DNA of 64,000 nucleotides. It comes from Lama glama. Its lineage: Eukaryota. Below, in pieces: positions 1-64,000 of this stretch. The translations under genes were made by a program, and so were the position numbers. Every line of letters begins with the position of its first letter. The first letter of the stretch is position 1. The stretch is taken from NCBI GenBank assembly GCA_028534125.1, contig CM052816.1:14696001-14760000 (forward strand), given 5' to 3'. The notes below the pieces were generated by a model. It saw only the letters and a program-made list of their open reading frames with translations. It was not told the DNA's origin and searched no databases.

Positions 1-12027
<12,027 letters not shown>

Positions 12028-12577
12028 GAGTGGCTGGGCTTGCTGTGTCCCCAGGAATTCCTTTTTACCTCTTGGTTGGGTGGGAGGGAAAAGGTGTGGT
12101 TTCCCCACTCCTGGTCTGGTGACTTCCAGGGTTTTTACCAGTGCTGGGGGAGGGTTTGGAGACCACATCTGGTTCTTGAACCAACTATCCCCTTTCTTCT
12201 CCCTCCTAAGGCCTGACAATGGTACCTATTAGGGATTGGATGGGGACAAGGATAGCCATCTCTAGGATATCCTGGGTAGTGGGCCCTAGAGGCCAGTCCC
12301 AGCCCTTCTGGCTCCCTTATTCCTTTCCTGCTTTCTTCCGACCTAGAGATATTAGGGATGAGGAGGTAGAACTAAAGTTGCCTCCAAGTCCCTTCTCTCC
12401 TGGGTCCTCCTAATGTAGGCCTTGCATCCAGTGCAGGTGAAGCGTAAGGGATTTTAGGGGGCTCTGGCTCCCTAACACCTTAACCCAGATGATGATGCGG
12501 TTTTGAGATGGGGGAGGATGTGAAAATGTCCTGTCCTGACTTTTGGTTTTATGTCCATTTTACCACTGTTTTTATCC

Positions 12578-12583
12578 AATAAA
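12578..12583 (+). terminator. HDAC3: HDAC3 polyadenylation signal AATAAA
   Basis: AATAAA ~550 nt after the stop, followed by a T/GT-rich downstream element (12594-12620). Confidence 0.8.
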
Positions 12584-14076
12584 CCAAGTTGGGTTTTTTT
12601 TTGTACTTTTTTGCCTTTGTAGGAATATTCTTAATTCTTGCTAGCTGACTGTGTATACAGAGAAAGAAGATGGGGTGATGATGTATGTAATAAAAATCAT
12701 AGTTTATATTCATTCAGCACTTGCCTTACATTAGGCCCTTTGTATACGTATTCTACGTGGATCATCTTACTTACATATAGGGAGTTAATAGAGCATTCTG
12801 GTTAAGAGTTAAACAAACCTGGGCAGATTACTATCTTAAGAGAGGGAGTAGAAGATGACTTCAGGTTTTTGAACCTTGGTGTTTGGAATGAGGATACTTG
12901 TTGATAAAGATACGCTGAGGTAACACATGTCAGGTGCTTAGCCCAGTGCCTGACATAAGCATTTGCTCATTATCTTCATTGTCTATGTGAAGAGTGATGC
13001 TAGATACTGTAGTAGACACAAACATGGACCCTTCCCTGGAGAAGTTTACTATCCAGTAAGAAATGAGGTAAGTGCTATAGTAGAAGTAGACAGTGGTGCA
13101 AGAAAGAAGAGTAATAGATGGGTCACTCCTTTCATGCTTTGATCATGTCTGCTTCTCAGCACTCTAGCTTAGAAAGTAAATAGCTTTTGAATTGTTTTGG
13201 ACAAACTGAGTTTGAAGTTTAGTCTGGATAGCTCTGTGCAACTCTCCATCAGGCAGTTAGAAAGTGGAAGCTGAGAGATGAAGGTCAGATTTAGGAGCCA
13301 GCCAGCTTGGAAGAGTCCCTGTAATATACCAGACCTTTGACTGAGCACTGAGGGCTCTCTAGTAAGTGAGTGAGTCACTGACTCTGCCCTCCAGGAACAC
13401 ACATTTGAAATCTTTTGCCAGTTGTGGTCAAGTTGATTAAGTCCATACTTTGAGGGCCTAGTAGGTGCCACCTGCTTTTCACACAAGGGACAGATGTAGA
13501 TGGAGAATGGATGAAATTACTGAGGGAGGAATCAAGATGGTAGAGCAAAGAACATACTTTTGGAGAACACCTTTTCACTCAGGCTTGGTTAATGTCAAGG
13601 AATCCTGATTAAACATAGGGCTTAGCAGACTAACCTGGTTTTAATTTTTTTTGTCACTTAAATTATGAGTCCGTGGGCAAGTCACTTCAACTGTCAACAT
13701 CCACATTTTCTATTTTTAAAGTGGTGAGACTAGTGGAATCTCTAACATGGCATTATGAGGATTGAGTGAGAAAATATGTGTAGAGTATTGCATAGTTCCT
13801 GGCGTAGAGCAAATTGTGGTAAATGGTTAACTTACTACTTGGCACATAGCTTTAAGTAAATAGTAGCTATCACTCTCTTGTGCTTCATAGGTATTGCACA
13901 CATGAAAAAACTGTATTATTCTGGAAAGCCCCGCACTAAGTTTTATGCCTAGATAACAGTCTCTCCTTTGCGATTTTTGATTCAGATAATAATATCCTAG
14001 TCTGGTGTGTGAGAGGGTCCAGGCTTTACAGCCACGTGGGCAATGCCTGGGAGCGGGGAGGCCTGTGCTACTCTAA

Positions 14077-14092
14077 CCGCCAGGGGGCGCTG
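14077..14092 (+). promoter_or_regulatory. CTCF core motif
   Basis: CCGCCAGGGGGCGCTG, near-perfect match to the CTCF consensus CCRSYAGRKGGCRS. Confidence 0.75.
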
Positions 14093-14217
14093 TCCCGGTG
14101 AGTTGCACTACCCACTTAGCACCCCCCCCCCCCCACGTCCGAATGGTTAGGCCCGCCGGACAGGTAGTGCGCTTCCGCGGCTTTCCTCCACCACCCCCCT
14201 CCCTTCCCCGTTGGTAG

Positions 14218-54060
<39,843 letters not shown>

Positions 54061-57000
54061 GTAAGAATACAGAAGAGCCTTTTAGTTGAGTCTCTTGAAT
54101 ATTAGAGGGAAAAAAATGAAAGAGATAAAAAGGAATTTCCCTTTAGAAAAATAAGACTAGAAATCTGGAATTAATTTTTCTTTTGCTGGTGTGTTTTTTT
54201 GTTTTTTTGTTTTTTTTTTTGGTTTGCTTGTTTATTTTAGAGTCCAGAAGGACCAGTAACTGTGATGTTAACTGACAGGAAAGAAAAATATTTTAAGTTG
54301 AAGCTACTGTATTCTTGTTCTTTCTTTGGAAATGAGGGACAACTTAAGTAATAATACTGTTACCTTACATTTGTGTTGTGGTTTATAATTTTCAAGGTGC
54401 TGTAACATATTTTACCCTATTGGACCTGCAGAGAGACCTTATGAGATAGGCAGGATGTATATTATTTCCATTCCATAGCATACATTGACTGATTATTTAG
54501 GTAGCTGACCCAGGTTATATGACCAGATCCAGGGGTCTTGACTTCTGGTCTGTCTTTTCATGTATAGTCTTGCTTTTTTTCTTCTTCACTTTCATATCTT
54601 CCCCTTTATGTTTGAAGAGCTGATCTATTTTGCCCTCTTTCTTCACTTCCTAATTCTTGTGGTTTTGTGCTGTCTTATGATGGGGCACTTGAGGTTATCT
54701 CCCTGGAGGGGTACAATATTTGAAAGATACTGTCATGACTTAATGATAGTTATAGCCTAATAATTTTGTATTTCCATCTTCTTCCAGCTTTTCTGTTTAT
54801 TTACAGGTTTATTATAACCCTAGTGATGAAAATTAAGTGCAACTTCAGAGCATTGCCTCCCTCCTCCAAGTAAATAAGCATTTTTTAAAGACAGTTACTA
54901 CTTTTTCCTTAAGTGATCTGGTGGGCCCAGGCTGCACTTTGTTCTAATAGGGAGCCTAGCAGATGGCTGAGTGCCTCTGGCAGCCCTTAGTTACGTGTGT
55001 GTGTGTCTAGGAGTGTGAGATCACAGTGCTCAGGCCTGTCCTGGTGCCCTAGCATTCAGGGTAAAGTCACCTTTTCCTCTAAAAGAACTGTCACCCTCTG
55101 AACTTAAATCCAGCCCAGAGAATTACTTCCACACTCTGAGTTAAAAAGCTGTGATGATGACTGCTTATACTACCCTAGAACATCAGCAAAGACTAGTTGA
55201 CAGTGAAAATCAAGATCCAGTGATTTGCTAATTTGCAAGGTCACAGAATCTGTCCCTGTGTTGGGCTCTGGTGTAAGTCTCTTTCTTGTGGCTGTACTCT
55301 GAGTGCTGCTGCAAATGTACACTAACCAGGTCCCTTTTTCTCCCTGCCCTGTCACCATCCTCCTTTTATCCTGTGCATTCGTATTGCTATTGATTGTAGT
55401 GGGCTTTCTGTGGTTTAGTAATTTTCCTTGGCATTATTTTCCCACTGCGAACTGGTATATAGTATTTTTTAAATACCCAAGCAAGACCTTATCTCAACTT
55501 CTCTTATTTTCAACAGTGTTATTTTCAACCAAACTTTTTAATGTTACTTCAGTCTTCAAGTTCTGCCCTGGAAGTGACTTTCTTTTCATTAAAGATTCTA
55601 ATAACATCCTGACAGCTTTGACTTCCCACCCCCCACCCCCTTAAATTACTCTTAGAAATCTCTGTATTTTAATCTGAAAGGAGTTAAGTATGAATTAGTC
55701 AATTTAGTTTAGTTTAGTGTCAGGAAGCACTAGAGAAGGTGTTCTTGAAAATTGTTAAATCATGAACAATTTCCCAAACATCTTAAATCCTAATCATTTT
55801 AAGAAACTTCTGGGAGAGATTTTTTTTTTTCCTATTGATGAGGTACTTACGGTTTACCCACCTCTAACAGTTACCTGCAGCACTCACATGCAACAGAATT
55901 TTCCTGCTTGTCATCAACCATGCTACATCTGTATGTTTTCATTTTCTCCCAAGGAACAAATACCTCTCCCTTTAAAAATTATTTATTTGGATATTCAGTG
56001 TTTTACTGACTTTAATGTTATTTGATTTATTTTTTTCTTCAATGTTTCCCTTTGAATTACTCCGTAAATCTTTGGTGATGCAGGCAGTTTTTGAATGTCA
56101 GGGCTTGTTCTAATCTGTGTTTCTTGGAGACAGAATAGTTGCTTTGACATCATATGCATGGGCAACAAGTAGCAGATAGAAGTTCTGCCTGTGGACCCAG
56201 TGCCACAACAACCACCGTGATCGGGTACTCACCTGCCCTGCCTTTCCTGATGCAGTTTTGAGCCTCCCTCTCCTGGTGCTCTGGCTGGCAGATTTAATAC
56301 AGGCTCTTCCCAAGTGGCTTCTCTTTTACAACACGGTCCCCAGAAAATACTTTGGTAGAAAAGACTTTAGGCGTCATCTTAGAGTTTAGTTTTTATCAGG
56401 TAAGGAATTTTAAGCTCTAGAAATTTTACAGGTGAGGACTCAGAGCTCCTCAGTGTGAAGGCAAGGTTTACCTTCCCTCTAGTGCTTTAAACATCTCTCG
56501 TTAAACATTTCAGAAAACCTTTGTTCTAAAACCTTTTTTAAAGTAGGTAGCCAGTTTCAATTACCAAGTCTCTCATTCATAGTCTTAATATTAATGATAC
56601 AATTAAATGATAGAAATATATTCATTACCACTCTATCAATATTTCATCTTCCAGATGAAGAAGCAGAGACATGGGTTAAATAACTGTTTCAAGGCCCTGT
56701 AGTAAGTGCTAGAGGCAGGATTCAGACTCCAGACTTAGTGCCTGCAGAGTCCTTGCTCGAGCCCCCTGCTGCCCAGAAGTGTATGTATGTCCCTGCCCTA
56801 AGAGTTTCTGAAAGGTTAGATCCAGACAGAAGCTGGAAGAAGGGGATATGCTGGCTTCTGCCACCACCTCATTCGTTCAGGCTCAAGTATTCTTGAATTG
56901 GCAGTGACTCTTAGGAGGACAAAAAAGGGACGACATGAGATTAGAGAAAGTAAGATACCAGATACTGAGGGCTGAAAAGACAGAGCCATATTCTGATGAC

Positions 57001-58959
57001 AGTATATTCACCTGTAGCAAAACTAATCCAGCTGCAGAAACAGGACATGCACATCTAGTACAGTAGAAGTCTTGCTTAGATAATTTTAGCCCAGTAGTTG
57101 CCCGTCTTGATGAAATTATTTGGACACTCAGTTTTCATAATATTGCATTATTTCCTCTCTTGCTTGCTAAACACAGCTCTCAGCTGTTTGTTGAACATTG
57201 CTGTATCTCCCTTATGCTTTAGTGACTCTTGAAACCTCCCATGTACGGACTGGCTCCTCCCAGAATGGACGTTTGAAAAAACATCCACCTTGGCATCTGC
57301 CCCCTATAGTCAAAGGTCTCCAGCGACTGCTTCATTAAAGTTGAGGAAAATGTGTGCCTTTCACTAAGAGAAGAGCTAAGAGAGAGGAACTGGTCTTCTA
57401 ACTTGTACTACAGGTTCTTTTACACATTTTTCTCTCTTAAGGATTGTTCTCTTGTTTCTGAACTCTTGACTTCCTATATAAATCAGGAATTTACTTTGTT
57501 GATTTATTCCTTGCCAGAGAATATTTTGAGTTCAGAGTTGATAGGCAGTTGCTGTCAGAAACTTCTAGTCCTTTTTCCACTCTCACTTTCTGCTTCTTGA
57601 ATTCCTCAGGAACATACTCAGTAGTTAAATTTTTTTTTTTTCATTTTCTGCTAGAGACCATTTTCATCACTGTGGTGACCTCAGGTCATTATTTGCATGT
57701 ACAAGATTACTAGTTTCTCATTCTGCTTTCCTTCTAACTTGTACACTCTTTTGTTAATAACATGATCCCATTAAAAATATCACCTCTTAAAACATGTCAT
57801 GATAAGAGATAAGTGATGTCCTAAATACAGTGATGTTTTTCATTTTAGGTTTATTCCTTCTTTCCAAACAACTTTTGGACTCATTAGATCCACAAGCTAA
57901 TCATTCTTAGGTGTGCAGTGGAGGATATGTAGCATTAGACCCTCTCCCTGTTAAAGTAGGGGGTATATTACAGGAACTTTGAGCATCAGAGCAGTTCTCC
58001 AAGTGGTTAATGTCTAATTAAAGAACTCTGGCTAAAAAGTAAGATCCTGACCAAAAGCTGAGAATTTTATAAACAATAACAGTATTCTGATTAGGATTTG
58101 ACTTTGTGGGTCCAGATCCCAAGGTTTATACTGTTGTCAGGTCAGAACTGTTGGTGACAATAGGTAAGTTTGCTTTTCTGCTGCTCTCCCAGAACATTCG
58201 TGCTTAAGGCTTCAGGCTGCAATAGGAGCCTGTGTTGGAAAAGCAATCCCTTCTTTCCCAAAAGGGATCCAAGGGTCTTCTTCCTTCTTCCTGTGACCCT
58301 CTTCTGTCCACTAGGAAGCATCCACCCAGTTGGATCTCTATCAGGAAATCCTAGTGAATCTTTACAGCTCCTGCAACTTTAACCTCTGGAAACAAGATTT
58401 TGTAAGCGCTCAACATGCCCCATCTTATTCAGTGAGTCTTTGGCAGAAAGGGTGTCTGTTTCACCCGTTCCCTTCTCTTCTCAAGTGCACAGGACTAGGG
58501 CCAGAAGTGCTATTCAAGTGAGCATTTGCCTTGTAATTACTGACTGCTCTTGGGCTTTGAGTAGGGTCAGGCTGTTAGCACAAAGCAGTTGGGAAGTTCT
58601 GTAATACCAGATAGTACTCCCTTTTGATTTAAAAACATAAATCTACCTATATTGCCTGGGGTTATGAGGAATCCTGTGCATGGAATAAGTACTACACCTC
58701 CTCGGCTGTGATCGCCCATCATCAGTGGTGTAAAAGAAGAACCACAGGTACCCCCTCACGAATGCCTCTGTACTCCAAACCTTACCATCACTATTTGCCT
58801 TGAATCCACTGGATCTAATCTTGTGCCATTTTTCTTGGTTTCTGTCACTCACCACAGGAAGCCCTAGACTCTCAGGTCAGTCTCATCTCCCATAGTCGAA
58901 TCCCCGTAAGGTTCTGTGTGTCTCCTGTTCTTCCTTCTCCTCCCATCCCTTCTGGGCTC

Positions 58960-60008
58960 TTGAAACCCTTGCACTGTGCAGTCTGAAATTCATGGTCCAT
59001 TACTAACAAAATCTCCTCTGTCATCAACGTCACCTTGTTGCTCTAACAGTAACCTGGCTTTCCCTCAACACGGCTTTCCCTCCTGCCCTCTCATGTGTTG
59101 TTTTTCTCCCATAAACCTCACCCCATTAGACCTGGAGATGGGGTCGATGTCCTAATTTTGAATCTCATGGCATCAAACAATGTCACCCGGTCCCTCTCTT
59201 TGTGCTGTCATCTACTAACACCTCAAGTTACTCCTCCCTCTCAGCAAGTTTAGTTGTTGGATCCTGACCACTCTCTGCAGTACTTGAGTTCTTCTGTCTA
59301 AATTTTTAGCAATTTCTATACAAAAGGGTCATGACCCTGCCAATATTCTGGCCTCACAATTCCTTGTACTCTTCTTTTCCAGTGATCTGTTTTCCATCTC
59401 AGCACCTATGTAATTGGTCATCACCAGAGCTGCCCTTCTGTGATCTCAGTTCCACCCACCTTTTGTCTTTTTACCTCTCTCTCTTTAGTACTCCGACCCC
59501 AGCAGTCCTCCAGCCCCACCGGGATGCCACCCCACTTATCCTTTCATTTTCTCACTGCCCTTCACCCTCTTGAAGACTTCACTCCTCAGGTAAAATTATC
59601 ATTAATCACTATAATAATCCTTCCCTAGGAGCTTTCCCCCATCACTTCTCTCTCATTTTATTGTATTTGAATCACAAGACCACAATCCTGGTTAATTCTA
59701 TCTCTGTCTGTCCTGCACCTGTAGTTGTGCAAGTGAACACGCTGGAGCATAAGATACAACTGGCTCTGCTTGATACACCATCTTCACGTGGCTTTCAGGA
59801 CAGCAAAGTCTCTTACTTTTTCTCCTTCCTCACTGGTCTTTCTCCTTTCTCTCCTCTGCTCAGTTTGCAGTGTTGCTTGGCCCTGCCAGGTAGTCAGATA
59901 TTAAACGTTTCTAGTCCATTCGGTTTCCTACTCTCCTAAATGATTACTTCATACCTTTTCTCTCCTCAGAGACCCAAAACCTCCCTCATCTTCTTTCTCA
60001 GTTAAGGA
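58960..60008 (+). mobile_element. Degenerate L2 ORF fragment (endonuclease region)
   Basis: C/T-rich; decayed CA.WN..SI.NKI and LALT.TWL-like motifs near 58975-59065. Confidence 0.55.
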
Positions 60009-60508
60009 NNNNNNNNNNNNNNNNNNNNNNNNNNNNNNNNNNNNNNNNNNNNNNNNNNNNNNNNNNNNNNNNNNNNNNNNNNNNNNNNNNNNNNNNNNNN
60101 NNNNNNNNNNNNNNNNNNNNNNNNNNNNNNNNNNNNNNNNNNNNNNNNNNNNNNNNNNNNNNNNNNNNNNNNNNNNNNNNNNNNNNNNNNNNNNNNNNNN
60201 NNNNNNNNNNNNNNNNNNNNNNNNNNNNNNNNNNNNNNNNNNNNNNNNNNNNNNNNNNNNNNNNNNNNNNNNNNNNNNNNNNNNNNNNNNNNNNNNNNNN
60301 NNNNNNNNNNNNNNNNNNNNNNNNNNNNNNNNNNNNNNNNNNNNNNNNNNNNNNNNNNNNNNNNNNNNNNNNNNNNNNNNNNNNNNNNNNNNNNNNNNNN
60401 NNNNNNNNNNNNNNNNNNNNNNNNNNNNNNNNNNNNNNNNNNNNNNNNNNNNNNNNNNNNNNNNNNNNNNNNNNNNNNNNNNNNNNNNNNNNNNNNNNNN
60501 NNNNNNNN
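60009..60508. other. Assembly gap (exactly 500 N)
   Basis: Run of N. Confidence 0.99.
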
Positions 60509-63500
60509 TATCTCCAGAGAGGTGAAGTTACAAGGACTGTAAAAGGCTACGTTTTTAACAAGCTCCTCATGTGATTTTGTTATAGATATACCAGTCTAGC
60601 TGGAACCATTGCTTCAGTGTTTCTTTTTCTGATTTCTTCTCACTGCCTTCCCACTCTCTGCCATGTCTAGAAGCTGCTTTCTACTTCTTTTCATAATAAT
60701 ATTTTGATGTCTCTGTCAGAGTGGGTGTTGTGCAATTATCCTTGTTTTTATGGAGGTCATGCAAGATCAATTAGGAAACAATTTGACATTTTCTATTAAC
60801 TGAAGCTCTACTTCAGGAGCACTTGCTTTTAAAAAATTCTTTTCTTTCCATCTTCCCAGCCAGCCAGGTCTCAATAGGCATCTTAGAAGGACATTCTGAG
60901 GAAGTTCTCTGGAGTCGGTGAAGTAGCTGGAAAGCACTTAGAGACTGACTAGGCTGGAGGGGATGGATGCACGGCAGATGATGAGCGGTCTCTCAGGCCC
61001 ACAGCACAAGGATGGAGTTGTGAGGAGCTGGAGGACGTCCAGATCACGACGAAGAGCTTTGCAGCTGTGGAGCTGTGCAGCTGTAATTCTTGTTCAAGTT
61101 TTGCTGTTTTCTCACCGTGGAGACTTGGAGTTGGTGGGGATCAGAAATGTGATGTGTTTAGGAAGAGGATGGGGACCTCAGGGAAATGTCAGAGCAGAGC
61201 TAGGCTTTGGGTGGGCTTTGCAGGAGAGTGGAGCCCAGCACTGCTGCCTCAAGGGAAACGCAATGTTTTGAGGACCCCTGATACTTTTGGGGAATCATCG
61301 GATCTGAGCTTGCTTTTCTGCTCATGTGGGGCAAATCGCCCTCCAAACATGAGGTTATAGACCAGCTAATTTTCAGGGAGTACAGAGGGTGTCTCCACCA
61401 CGGAATGTTTCCTCTGGGACTTTTCTTTCTGCTTCTCTATTATCTGTTTTTTTCTGGGTAGGTGGGATAAGTAGTTCAGAAGTCAAGATGATATTAAAAG
61501 ATGATATTCCTTTCCTAGGATTCATCCATCCCAACCTTCCCCCTGCCCCACCTTCTAGAGGTAACCATTTTTATTAGTTTCTTTCAGTGTTTTTGATAAC
61601 GCAGTGATAGCAAACACTAATGCAGATTCTAATCCTCCCCTCACATAAGGTGACGTACTAGCTAAACCGTTCTGTACCATACTTCTATATCCTGGAGATT
61701 TTTATTAGTACATAGAGATCTTTCTCATTATTTAGAGAAAGCTTTTCAAGTTTCGAGGTTTTCATTTTTATAATGAACACTAGGATGAAATGAAATGAAA
61801 ACAGAAATAGACATAGTACTGAGGTGATCTGTCCCGTTTTGGAATCGTCCCTGCAGTAACCATTCGATCTGGCTGCATCGTAGGCTGCACCTGTCCTTTT
61901 GTTCTCCCTGCTTTCCTTGCAAACTCTCCCCCGTAACGACAGAACAGTCACCCGCCCACACCATCTCCAGATGGACAGCAACATGCACTGGAGCCTTCCA
62001 GCCGACGTGGTATGGTGGGGAGAGACTTGAACGTTTCAGGGGGCCTTCCAGACCTCCAGCTACTTCACTGAAGCAGGAGCAGAGCTCTTTGTCACTAGCA
62101 CAGGGCACTACCCATAAAAGGGTATGGTCTGCAAAGGAAAGGGGTGACCTACCCCATTTTTTTTCTTGCTTCCTACACAGTTTTTGTTCTGGAGATAATT
62201 GCTGTAGGACTTAGTATCCTATAACTGTGTCATTTTATGACTCTGGCCCATCACCTTTGGGACAATGTGGGAGAATGCTCATGATACAGTGTGAGGTGGG
62301 GAAAGCAAGGGAAAATTATATACAATCTGTATTGCAGTTGTGTTCTGCAGAAAAAAATGCAGAAGTAAAAGGCTGAAAGGGAATATACCAGAATACTGTA
62401 ACAGATTTTGTCAGGGTGCTAGATTTTTTTTTCCTTCAATTTTCTATATTGTGGTCATCTCATTTTTATAATAGGAGAGACAAAAGGGTTAAGGAAATTT
62501 GCCATTGTCCAGGATGCTCTCAAAGGGGTTTCTAGAAGTATTTGGAACTAATAACGTAATCTCTTCAGAGCAGAGTGCTAATATCCAGTTGTATAGAGCA
62601 GGTAACAGCACCTCTTACTTCATTCTCCAGAATGATCCTAGCTTGCTTCTCTTTGAAAAGTCAGATTATAACTTAAAAAGCCGTTTGTTCTTCTTTCAGC
62701 TCCCCTGGGTGAGGGAACCCGTTGTACAGCAAAAGGGTACTGGGAACCCCATGTCTGCAAGGTGGGATGGATCCTTCCTCCCCCACCCCCACCCCGATCC
62801 AAAGGAATCCCTACTCTGTTTTATAAGTCAGTGATTTTTTTTCTTTGGAATCTATTAGATTACATGATAAGACACTTTCCTGCCTTTCTGTCTGTATGTG
62901 TTTCTTTCAAGAAAAACTGCTAAAATCCTTCCAAGAAGAATGTCCCCCTTTTCATCTTCTGCTCGTCTTGCCACTCTGCCTGCATTTTTCTTTCCAGCCA
63001 CGGGGCGAGCGCAGTTGAGCTATTTTGGCTCGGGTTCCAGATTGTGAGGTCAGAGACCAGGGATTGGAGGAGACCATCAGGTGACTTTCTGTAACAGTGA
63101 TGACGGTCCTGCCCTCATCCCCACCCCTTCTCCCCCCTTCTTCCCCACCCTTTCCTGGCTTCCACCTTAGGAACAAAGAAGGGAAAAAAACAGCAGTGTG
63201 ACGAAAGCCAGCAGCTGCATCTGCAGACTCAGGCTGGGGGCTGGGTGTTTATTCCATCTGTTCTCTCTGTTTATGCTTTTACCCTGTTAGTTCCCCCTCC
63301 CAGTACCCAGAATAAAATGGAGGGTATTTCTGGGATCCTTTGTTACAGAGAACAGCTTAGAAATCTGCAGTTTACTCCATATTTAGGTGCGCGGGGGTGA
63401 GGCCCTGCAGAGATTAAAATTGCTCCCAGGGCCTAGAAAAAGATGAAGATACTTTGCCTTCTCATTCCATTTTATCCGAGAATACCTATTTTATGTCAAA

Positions 63501-64000
63501 CGCTGTGACAGAGGCTTATCACCTCTTCTTTCTAATTATTAAAACAATGTTACCTAATAGGCATTATCTTCATTTTATATCCAACAGATATGAAGTACAG
63601 AATTAATACATTCTTTGCTTATTAAGATCTCATAGTAAGTAAATACCAAGCCCAGGTTTCACGCCGGGTCTGTTGGGCTCAGAATCCAGCATTGCTGAAG
63701 GGAGTGGCAAGAAGGCAGGCATGTTCAGAAAAACCTGAGATGCCCACTGCTGAGGACTGTCCTGGCACTGTGCTCGTGCCCTTTGCTTTCCACCAGTGTC
63801 CTGATTTCTTCGACAAATAAATCTCAAGGGATAAAATGAGATGGAAGGGAACATATAGGTTAAAAGAGGATCTAAAAATATGTTAATCCCGTATTTGGTT
63901 GCTGATTCATTTTTTAAGAAAGAAAAAGACTTTATTCCCAGCACTTTACTTTGATGCCTTTCTCCTGCCCTCTCGCCCTCCTGTTCCCTTGTGTAAACCT

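Noticed and set aside
56385..56406. TTTTTATCAG|GTAAGG as a recursive splice site
   Set aside because: Weak pyrimidine tract, and the context resembles the MIR core (TTTTACAGGTGAGG), which produces this motif.

Overview
Mammalian (probably camelid, judged from tRNA-Ala-derived Vic-1-like SINEs) genomic DNA. It carries two + strand genes in tandem. HDAC3 is nearly complete: it runs from the end of coding exon 1 through exon 15, with the stop at 12025-12027 and AATAAA at 12578; the start codon lies about 18 nt left of the window. DIAPH1 (formin mDia1) is present from its CpG-island promoter through coding exons 1-18; the rest lies beyond the right edge. I placed all exons by hand from splice sites and reading-frame continuity. 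The introns hold ordinary L1, L2, MIR, LTR, hAT and SINE remnants, and there is a 500-N scaffold gap at 60009-60508. I see no wholly new gene or system. The most notable signals are: (1) DIAPH1 splicing architecture: a U12-type AT-AC intron with an atypical TCCTTAGC branch site, a GC donor, and 27-nt and 9-nt microexons, the first followed by an RBFOX motif cluster; (2) a homogenised 36-bp coding repeat in FH1; (3) a SINE-L1 chimeric insertion inside one target-site duplication; (4) two CTCF-like sites. Repeat family names and comparisons with human are from recall, not from searches.
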